From NCBI GenBank assembly GCA_041671125.1, contig JBAZCA010000001.1, forward strand, positions 72,120 to 136,119: DNA of 64,000 bases, given 5' to 3'. This document shows, piece after piece, positions 43,714 through 51,293 of the stretch. Position 1 is the stretch's first letter; every line of letters starts with the position of its first letter. Made by a program: the position numbers and the translations under genes. The notes under the pieces were generated by a model. That model did no database searches. It saw only the letters and a program-made list of their open reading frames with translations, and was not told the origin of the DNA. The stretch comes from Patescibacteria group bacterium (GTDB lineage Bacteria > Patescibacteriota > Patescibacteriia > Patescibacteriales > JBAZCA01).

Positions 43714-45171
43714 ATGACTGATTTAAAAAACACCCCTCCCCTTTCCGATGAAGAAAAAGGCGCCGATATCGCGGCTCCGGAATACGCGAAGAAAAAAAAG
43801 TGGCCGAAAAGAGCCGTTTATTTTTTAATTTTCCTCGGTATAAGCGTTGCTTTCTTTTTTTCCCAGGCGATTATCTCGGACCGCAGTTCCTACTCCTGGA
43901 TAAAAAGGATGCCAATCGTAAAACAGTTTAACACCCTGGTGGAAGGGGCTGATAAGAAATTAAAAGGCGAAGATGAAGACCGGGTTAATATCCTTCTTTT
44001 AGGCATGGGCGGCAAAGGCCATGACGGGGCTTATCTGACCGATACGATTATGCTCGCGAGCTTAAAACCGAGCGAAGGCAAAGTTTTTCTCCTCTCCATC
44101 CCCCGCGATCTGGTTGTTCCGGTTGAAGGCCAGGGCTGGAGAAAAATAAATTCCATCAATTCTTTCGCCGAGGCAAAAGAGCCTGGTTCCGGCGGCCAAG
44201 CCACGGCCGACGCGATCGGGGATTTACTGGACCTGCCAATTCATTACTACTTAAGGGTGGATTTTGAAGGTTTCATGAAAATAGTTGACGAACTCGGGGG
44301 AATTAACGTTTACGTTGAAAATACGCTGGATGATTATTCTTATCCGGTTCTCGGTAACGAAGACGCGGCCTGGAATTCCCGTTATGAACATCTTCACGTT
44401 GATACCGGCTGGCAGGAAATGGACGGATCGCTCGCCTTAAAATTTTCCCGTTCCCGCCACGCTTACGGCTCCGAAGGCTCGGACTTCGCCCGCGCCCGGC
44501 GCCAGCAAAAAGTGATTGAAGCCGTTAAAGACAAGGCTCTATCGTTAAACATGGTTTTTAAGCCCATGGCCATAAAAAATATCATTGACGCTTTAAACGA
44601 ACATGTAAGCACCAGTTTTGAAATTTGGGAAATCTACAAATTCTACGACCTGGCGAAAAATATCTCCAAAGAAAACATCTCCAACAAAGTCCTGGATACG
44701 AGCGCCGAAGGGCTTTTAGTTAACGGTACCGGGCAGGACGGAGCCTACATCCTTTCCCCTCGCTCGGGCGACTTTGCCGAAATCCAGTATCTCGCGAAGA
44801 GCGCCTTTTCCGCCCCCTCAACAGTTGAGAGCGAAAAAGTTAGCGTTGAAAAAACCACTATTGAGGTAAAAAACGGGACCTGGATTAACGGGCTGGCCGG
44901 CCAGGCTTCGGTTGACCTTGAACGGTACGGCTTCGTCGTAACGAAAATTTCAAACTCCAGCCGCCAGAATTTTCAAAAATCAGTCATCTATGACCTCACT
45001 TTCGGAGAGAAAAAAGAATCCCTGCAGATGCTAAAAGAAAAAACCGGCGCTAACGTTTCCTTTAACCTGCCGGACTGGCTGACCGAAGAACTGAAAACGG
45101 AAAATGAAAATAAAGCTAATACAACGCCGCCCGACTTTATCCTAATACTGGGAACCGATGCCAACAAATAA
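43714..45171 (+). CDS. LytR-CpsA-Psr (LCP) family phosphotransferase with LytR_C-like C-terminal domain
   Basis: TM anchor. NILLLGMGGKGHDGAYLTDTIMLASL...FLLSIPRDL...ALKFSRSRH. Confidence 0.88.
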   Translation: MTDLKNTPPLSDEEKGADIAAPEYAKKKKWPKRAVYFLIFLGISVAFFFSQAIISDRSSYSWIKRMPIVKQFNTLVEGADKKLKGEDEDRVNILLLGMGGKGHDGAYLTDTIMLASLKPSEGKVFLLSIPRDLVVPVEGQGWRKINSINSFAEAKEPGSGGQATADAIGDLLDLPIHYYLRVDFEGFMKIVDELGGINVYVENTLDDYSYPVLGNEDAAWNSRYEHLHVDTGWQEMDGSLALKFSRSRHAYGSEGSDFARARRQQKVIEAVKDKALSLNMVFKPMAIKNIIDALNEHVSTSFEIWEIYKFYDLAKNISKENISNKVLDTSAEGLLVNGTGQDGAYILSPRSGDFAEIQYLAKSAFSAPSTVESEKVSVEKTTIEVKNGTWINGLAGQASVDLERYGFVVTKISNSSRQNFQKSVIYDLTFGEKKESLQMLKEKTGANVSFNLPDWLTEELKTENENKANTTPPDFILILGTDANK

Positions 45172-46735
45172 TCTCCTAAAAATCGTCATCTTCGGCCGAA
45201 CTAATGTCGGTAAATCAACCCTCTTTAACCGCCTTACCGAAGACGACCACGCCCTGGCCGCCGATGAGGAAGGCACGACCAGGGATTCTAATTTCGGCCA
45301 TGTTGAATGGGGCGGGATGGAATTTGAAATTATTGATACCGGCGGAATTATTAACCTCCGGGAGCTTACTGTCCCTTTGTCCGGCCGGCAAAAAAAACTG
45401 GCGACGGCGAAAATGAAGCTCGCCCCGGACCGGGAAACAATAGATAAGAAAGTCCAGCTCCAGGCCCGCGAACATCTGACGCGGGCTGATTTGATTTTAT
45501 TCCTTATTGACGCCAAAGCCGGAATGACTCCCGAAGACCGGCAACTAGCCCTGTTCTTAAAGGAATTCGCCAAAGATAAAAAGATCATCCTCGCGGCCAA
45601 TAAGACCGATTCGCCGAAAGATATCCACCGTCTCTCCGAATTCTATAAACTCGGACTCGGCGAACCGCTTCCGATTTCCGCCGCCACCGGCTCGGGAACC
45701 GGAGATTTGCTTGACGAAATAGTTAGCGCGCTAAAAAATAAAACGCCCCTTAAAACCGCCGGCAAAACTTCGGGTAAAGAAAAACCCGGCGCCGATTTTC
45801 AACCCGAAGATTCCGAAACAACCGCTGACGAAGAAGCGCCTTCCGACCAGACCCCGGCGCCGATTCGCGTCAGCATTATCGGCAAACCGAACGTCGGCAA
45901 ATCAAGCCTTATCAATTCCATTTTCGGCCGGGAGCGGGTAATAGTAAGTTCTGTTCCCCATACGACCAGAGAGCCGCAGGACACAGAATTTATCCATAAA
46001 GACCGAAAAATGATACTGGTTGACACGGCCGGAATAACCAGAAAAGCTTCCCAAAGCCGGCGTTCGCGCACGCCCGGCCGGGGATCAAAAAATAAAGTTG
46101 ATTTGGTGAAGGAAGGCATCCACCGCTCCTTAAAAAGCCTAAACCGGGCCGATATCGCCATTTTAGTGCTTGATATTTCAAAAGAAATCACCCGCGAGGA
46201 CCAAAGGATTGCCGACGAAATAATCGGAAGAAAAAAAAGCATTATCATTATCGCCAATAAATGGGATCTTGTTCCGGAAAGGGACGTAAAAAAATATACT
46301 GAGTACATAAACGACCGCCTGCCCTTTATTAAATGGGCGCCGATAATTTTCGTCTCAGCCCTGACCGGCCGCCGGACCGGCGATATTCTCAGCCTTATCG
46401 CTGACATCCGCGACGAGCGGGCAAAGACCATCCGGGAAAAAGACCTGGATAAATTTTTAAAAAGAATCGTAAAGATCCATAGGCCGGTTCGCTACCGGGC
46501 CTCGGACAAATATCCCTACATAAGAAAAATCCGGCAGGCCGATTCGGATCCGCCGGAGATGGAAGTTTTAATCGGCGCCCGGGAAAGCATTGATTCCACC
46601 TATCTCAGATTTATTGAAAACCAGCTTCGGGATCAGTTCCGCTTCATCGGCTCCCCGATCAGCGTTCGGGTGTTTAAAGGAAAATGGATCCATGGAAAAA
46701 GCGAAAAGAAAAAAGATAAAACAGAAGAAGAATAA
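45158..46735 (+). CDS. der: Ribosome-biogenesis GTPase Der/EngA (two GTPase domains plus KH-like domain; acidic insert)
   Basis: GRTNVGKSTLFN...DTGG and GKPNVGKSSLIN...DTAG. 14-nt overlap with the LCP gene. Confidence 0.92.
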   Translation: MPTNNLLKIVIFGRTNVGKSTLFNRLTEDDHALAADEEGTTRDSNFGHVEWGGMEFEIIDTGGIINLRELTVPLSGRQKKLATAKMKLAPDRETIDKKVQLQAREHLTRADLILFLIDAKAGMTPEDRQLALFLKEFAKDKKIILAANKTDSPKDIHRLSEFYKLGLGEPLPISAATGSGTGDLLDEIVSALKNKTPLKTAGKTSGKEKPGADFQPEDSETTADEEAPSDQTPAPIRVSIIGKPNVGKSSLINSIFGRERVIVSSVPHTTREPQDTEFIHKDRKMILVDTAGITRKASQSRRSRTPGRGSKNKVDLVKEGIHRSLKSLNRADIAILVLDISKEITREDQRIADEIIGRKKSIIIIANKWDLVPERDVKKYTEYINDRLPFIKWAPIIFVSALTGRRTGDILSLIADIRDERAKTIREKDLDKFLKRIVKIHRPVRYRASDKYPYIRKIRQADSDPPEMEVLIGARESIDSTYLRFIENQLRDQFRFIGSPISVRVFKGKWIHGKSEKKKDKTEEE

Positions 46736-46756
46736 GAATTAAAAAACTGTTTTTTT

Positions 46757-46836
46757 GTCATCCTGAGCGTAGCGAAGGATCCCGTGAATAGAGCTATTAC
46801 CACGAGATCCTTCGGCCTAATCGGCCTCAGGATGAC
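46757..46836. repeat. Structured ~80-nt palindromic repeat, copy 2
   Basis: Outer stem gtcatcctgag / ctcaggatgac (11 bp). Inner stem cgaaggatc / gatccttcg (9 bp). 5' 52 nt are identical to copy 1. Confidence 0.85.
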
Positions 46837-46847
46837 GATAAAAATCT

Positions 46848-47426
46848 ATGCGTATTATCGCCGGACTGGGCAATCCCGAAGATAAATACTATCTCACGCG
46901 CCATAACGCGGGCTTTCTCGCGGTTGACCAAATCGCCAACCTCCATAACGCGGACTGGAATTATAATAAGAAATTCAAATCGGATATCTGCGCTCTCTTT
47001 GGCGGAACGGACGGAAATAAATCCGTCCTGCTCGTAAAGCCGCGGACTTACATGAATAAATCCGGCGAAGCGATCGCGAACGTTTTAAACTATTACCATC
47101 TTTTGCCAAAACGCCTGGGATTTATTCCGGTTTCTGACGCGCCGCTCGCCGACAGTTTGACTGTCATCCATGATGATCTTGATATTGAGCTTGGAAAATT
47201 TAAAATTTCTCTTGATTCCCGAAGCGCCGGCAACCGCGGAGTGCAATCCATTATTGACCGGATTAAAACTAAAAATTTTACGCGCGTCAGAATCGGCATC
47301 CGCGCTTTGGCGCTTATAAAAATCCCGGCCGAAAAATTCGTCCTGCAAAAATTTTCTCCGGATGAAATGAAAACGGTCAGCGCCCTGATTGACGACCTCG
47401 TCCGCCGGGAATTAAAACTCTTCTGA
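46848..47426 (+). CDS. pth: Peptidyl-tRNA hydrolase
   Basis: MRIIAGLGNPEDKYYLTRHNAGF...VIHDDLD. Confidence 0.93.
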   Translation: MRIIAGLGNPEDKYYLTRHNAGFLAVDQIANLHNADWNYNKKFKSDICALFGGTDGNKSVLLVKPRTYMNKSGEAIANVLNYYHLLPKRLGFIPVSDAPLADSLTVIHDDLDIELGKFKISLDSRSAGNRGVQSIIDRIKTKNFTRVRIGIRALALIKIPAEKFVLQKFSPDEMKTVSALIDDLVRRELKLF

Positions 47427-47435
47427 AACATCCAT

Positions 47436-47643
47436 AAAAAAACTCCGCCCAGCGGGACGGAGACAGAGTCTGTATAATGTCCGGATTACTACTTGCCATT
47501 GGGGGACAATCAATCTATAAGCGGGTAAGGAGGGAACCCGTCCCATAAACCAATGCCCTGTGACAAGTAGTAATCCAGGGGGGACACTATTATTAAAATT
47601 TTTATGGCGGTCGTTATCCACCTTTTCCGGTTACTGCCATTGA
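47436..47643 (-). ncRNA. Unclassified structured small RNA (~205 nt)
   Basis: Bounded by an exact consensus promoter and an intrinsic terminator (ctccgtcccgctgggcggag + U7, 47462-47436). 13-bp perfect helix between 47564-47576 and 47483-47495. No credible ORF. Confidence 0.6.
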
Positions 47644-47649
47644 CTTTAG

Positions 47650-47678
47650 ATTATAGCACCGCCATTAACCGGTGTCAA
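47650..47678 (-). promoter_or_regulatory. Consensus sigma70 promoter of the small RNA
   Basis: On the minus strand: TTGACA (47678-47673), 17-nt spacer, TATAAT (47655-47650). Confidence 0.75.
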
Positions 47679-47730
47679 GGCTAAAATTCACCTCATCCGA
47701 TCAAAAAGACCGTAAAATCAAGTAAAAAGG

Positions 47731-48816
47731 ATGGACATAAAATACCTGGCCGCCCTGAATACTTATACGAAATTCGGGCCGGTTCGCTTCAAAAAATTAA
47801 AGGCGCGCTTCCCTTCCTGGCAGGCGGCTTTTTACGCCGGAGTAAGCGAATTAAAAAGCGCCGGGATTGACGAAAATATCGCCCTGGATTTTATAAGCCG
47901 GAGAAAAGCTATCAATCCCGACGCGATCATGGAAGAAATAATCCGGGAAAAAATCAGTCTTATAACTCCGGAAGACCGGCGCTATCCCGGGATACTAAAA
48001 GAAATCCCCGATTTTCCCCCGCTCCTTTATCTGCGGGGCGAATTAAAAACCGAGGATGATTTTTCTTTGGCCGTAGTCGGGGCGAGAAAATTTTCTTCTT
48101 ATGGCAAACGGCTTACCGAAGATATCGTCCGCGAACTCGCGCGGTATAAAATTACCATAGTGAGCGGCTTGGCTTTAGGAATTGACGCTTTAGCCCATTC
48201 CGCCGCGCTTTTAGCCGGCGGCCGGACTATTGGGGTTTTAGGTTCCGGAGTTGACCGACAAAGCGTTTATCCGGTCGCTAACCAAAATATCGCGGAAAAA
48301 ATTATCGCCGAAGGCGGGGCGATTATAAGCGAATTTCCTTTGGGCACCCCCGGATTAAGGCATCATTTCCCTCAAAGGAACCGGATTATCGCCGGACTGG
48401 CAAAAGGCGTCCTCGTTATTGAAGCCGGAGAAAAATCCGGTTCGCTTATTACCGCCCGTTTCGCGCTTGATTTTAACCGGGAGGTTTTCGCGGTCCCTGG
48501 TAGCGTCTATTCTCCGGTTTCGGCCGGCGCCAACGCGCTCATAAAAGAAGGCGCAATCCTCACCCGAAACGGCAACGATATAATTGAGGCGCTTGACCTT
48601 AAGCGCGTATCCTTATATATTGAAACTAAATCCGTAATGCCGGAGACCAAAGAGGAAAAAATCCTTCTTTCTTTTTTAAGCGGCGAATCGGTTCATGTGA
48701 ACGAATTAATCCGCCTTTCCGGCCTGCCCGCTTCAACGGTTACCGGTTCATTAACCATCATGGAAATGAAAGGCATGATAAAGAATCTCGGGGGGATGGA
48801 GTATGTGTTAGTTTAG
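47731..48816 (+). CDS. dprA: DNA-processing protein DprA (Smf)
   Basis: VSGLALGIDALAHSAALLAGGRTIGVLGSGVDRQSVYPVAN...FPQRNRIIAGL, plus a C-terminal wHTH. Confidence 0.9.
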   Translation: MDIKYLAALNTYTKFGPVRFKKLKARFPSWQAAFYAGVSELKSAGIDENIALDFISRRKAINPDAIMEEIIREKISLITPEDRRYPGILKEIPDFPPLLYLRGELKTEDDFSLAVVGARKFSSYGKRLTEDIVRELARYKITIVSGLALGIDALAHSAALLAGGRTIGVLGSGVDRQSVYPVANQNIAEKIIAEGGAIISEFPLGTPGLRHHFPQRNRIIAGLAKGVLVIEAGEKSGSLITARFALDFNREVFAVPGSVYSPVSAGANALIKEGAILTRNGNDIIEALDLKRVSLYIETKSVMPETKEEKILLSFLSGESVHVNELIRLSGLPASTVTGSLTIMEMKGMIKNLGGMEYVLV

Positions 48817-48910
48817 TCCCTAAGTCAAGAAGTAAAAAGTCAAAAGTTAAAGTCCACAAGCAAGAATTTAAATTGACTTTGGACTTTTGGACTTTCCGAC
48901 TAATTTTTTT

Positions 48911-51148
48911 ATGAAATTAATCATCGTTGAGTCGCCAACCAAGGCCAAAACCATTTCCAAATTCATTTCCAAAGACTATAAGGTTGAGTCTTCTTTCGGG
49001 CATATTCGCGACCTGCCAAAAAGCGAAATGGGAATTGATATTGAAAACGATTTTACGCCCGAATACGTAATTCCGCTAAAAAGCCGGAAAACCGTAGCTA
49101 ACCTAAAGGCTTTGGCTAAAAAAGCGGAAAAAATTATCCTGGCCTCGGACGAAGACCGGGAAGGAGAAGCGATTGCCTGGCATTTAGCCGAAGCGCTGAA
49201 GCTTAATAAAAGCCAGACCCAACGGATTGTTTTCCATGAAATTACCAAGCCAGCCATACTTAAAGCCATTGAAAATCCCCGGGAGATCAATAGCCACCTC
49301 GTTGACGCCCAGCAGGCGCGCCGGGTTTTAGATCGCCTCGTCGGCTACGAGCTTTCGCCCTTTTTATGGAAAAAAGTCGCTCGCGGACTATCGGCCGGCC
49401 GGGTGCAATCGGTGGCCGTCCGGTTAATCGTTGAACGGGAACGCGAAATTAAAGCTTTTAAAGCCGAAGAATACTGGAGCGTCTCAGCCCTCCTGGCCCG
49501 GACCAAAGAAAAAGATTCCCAATTTGAAACCAGGCTCCATAAAATAAACGGCAAAACCGTTGAAAAACTCCAGATAAAAAATGAAGTTGAGGCCGATAAA
49601 ATCTTATCCGACCTTAAAGGCGCGGAATACAAGGTCGCGGAAGTCGTAAAAAAAGAAGGAACAAAAAACCCTCCCCGGCCGTTTACTACTTCCACCCTCC
49701 AGCAAACTGCCAACCGCTGGCTCGGATTCTCCGCCAAGCAGACCATGACCCTAGCTCAAAGGCTCTACGAAACCGGCCTTATTACTTACATGCGTACCGA
49801 TTCGGTAAACCTCTCGGAAAAATTCCTCGCCGACGCCGGAGTTTACCTTAATAACGCTTTAGGCGGAGAATACGCGCTTAAAACTCCGAACCGCTACAAA
49901 ACAAAAAGCAAAGGCGCCCAGGAAGCCCATGAGGCTATCCGGCCGACCGAAGCGGCCGATGACCCTGAATCCGTAAAAGACAAGCTGGAGTCCGGCCAGT
50001 ACCGGCTCTATAAACTGATCTGGCAAAGATCAATCGCCTCGCAGATGCCGCCAGCCAAGGTTGACGCTACGACCATAGACGTTGACGCGGAAAAAGACGG
50101 CCGAGCCGACTACCAATTCCGGGCGACCGGCCAGGTAATAAAATTTGACGGTTATTTAAAAATTTATCCGGAGAAAAGCGCCGAAATTGAATTGCCAGAA
50201 GTGGAAGTTGAAGAAGCGCTTGATCTTATAAAACTAAGTGGCGAAGAACATTTTACTAAGCCGCCGGCCCGCTACTCGGACGCCGGACTGGTTAAAGTTT
50301 TAGAAAAATACGGTATCGGCCGGCCGTCCACTTACGCCCCGACGATCGCGACGATTGAGACGCGGAATTACATGGAGCGGGACGAAAATAAAAAATTAAA
50401 GCCGACTGATATCGCTTTCGTAGTAAACGACCTTTTGGTCGCCCATTTTCCCAATATCGTTGACTTTCAGTTTACGGCCGGCATGGAAAACAATCTTGAT
50501 GAAATTGCCGAAGGGCGGCAGAAATGGCAGCCGGTGATAGGAGAATTTTATGTTCCTTTCCATGATAATTTAATAAAAAAGCAGGACGAACTGAAAAAAT
50601 CCGACATCATCCCCGAAGAAAAATCCGAGGAGGTCTGCGAAAAATGCGGCTCGGCCATGATCATTAAAACCGGACGCTGGGGAAAATATCTTGCCTGTTC
50701 CAATTTTCCGGAATGTAAAAATATCAAATCATTGCCTAAAGCGGGCGTAACCGCCGATCCCGAGACGGAAGCAAAGCTAAAAGCGCTTCAGGAAAAATAC
50801 AAGGACGAAGTTTGCGAAAAATGCGGCTCAGCGATGGTTATAAAAAACGGCCGCTTTGGACCGTTTTTAGCCTGCTCCGGCTATCCGAAATGCAAAAACA
50901 TAAAAAGCATTACTGAAAATTCCGGCTCTACCGGAATAAAATGCCCTGTCTGCGGAGAGGGGGAAATTGTCATGAAGCGAAGCCGACGCGGCCCCTTTTA
51001 TGCCTGCAACCGCTACCCGGACTGCAAAACTTCTTTTTCTTCTAAACCCACCGGCGAAAAATGCCCGGACTGCGGCGCGCTTCTTCTAGAAGCAAAAGAC
51101 GGCGGAGTTAAATGTTCGGCTAAAGGTTGCGGGTATAAGACCGCGTAG
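48911..51148 (+). CDS. topA: DNA topoisomerase I (four C-terminal zinc ribbons)
   Basis: MKLIIVESPTKAKTI (Toprim). ITYMRTDS active-site Tyr region. Four C-x2-C...C-x4/5-C fingers. ATG 48911 preferred over TTG 48887. The stop TAG lies inside a REP stem. Confidence 0.93.
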   Translation: MKLIIVESPTKAKTISKFISKDYKVESSFGHIRDLPKSEMGIDIENDFTPEYVIPLKSRKTVANLKALAKKAEKIILASDEDREGEAIAWHLAEALKLNKSQTQRIVFHEITKPAILKAIENPREINSHLVDAQQARRVLDRLVGYELSPFLWKKVARGLSAGRVQSVAVRLIVEREREIKAFKAEEYWSVSALLARTKEKDSQFETRLHKINGKTVEKLQIKNEVEADKILSDLKGAEYKVAEVVKKEGTKNPPRPFTTSTLQQTANRWLGFSAKQTMTLAQRLYETGLITYMRTDSVNLSEKFLADAGVYLNNALGGEYALKTPNRYKTKSKGAQEAHEAIRPTEAADDPESVKDKLESGQYRLYKLIWQRSIASQMPPAKVDATTIDVDAEKDGRADYQFRATGQVIKFDGYLKIYPEKSAEIELPEVEVEEALDLIKLSGEEHFTKPPARYSDAGLVKVLEKYGIGRPSTYAPTIATIETRNYMERDENKKLKPTDIAFVVNDLLVAHFPNIVDFQFTAGMENNLDEIAEGRQKWQPVIGEFYVPFHDNLIKKQDELKKSDIIPEEKSEEVCEKCGSAMIIKTGRWGKYLACSNFPECKNIKSLPKAGVTADPETEAKLKALQEKYKDEVCEKCGSAMVIKNGRFGPFLACSGYPKCKNIKSITENSGSTGIKCPVCGEGEIVMKRSRRGPFYACNRYPDCKTSFSSKPTGEKCPDCGALLLEAKDGGVKCSAKGCGYKTA

Positions 51149-51173
51149 AGACGCGATTAATCGCGTCTCTACG
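51144..51173. repeat. REP hairpin a (GTAGAGACGC family)
   Basis: cgtagagacgcg-attaat-cgcgtctctacg. Contains the topA stop codon (51146-48). Confidence 0.9.
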
Positions 51174-51253
51174 GATGTAATTTTACCGTTTCGTCCGGAC
51201 GCAATCATCCGCACCGCGCGCGCGTCATCCCGCGGCGCAACCCGATTAACCGC

Positions 51254-51282
51254 GTAGAGACGCCCCGTCGGGGCGTCTCTAC
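51254..51282. repeat. REP hairpin b
   Basis: gtagagacgcccc-g-t-c-ggggcgtctctac. Confidence 0.9.
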
Positions 51283-51293
51283 AAAATGCGTCT

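Noticed and set aside
47412-47621. 69-aa minus-strand ORF inside the putative sRNA locus
   Set aside because: It has a GTG start with no RBS. It reads straight through the terminator hairpin and into the antisense of pth. Its composition (Pro/Arg/Leu-rich) looks non-coding. The promoter and terminator geometry fits an RNA gene better.
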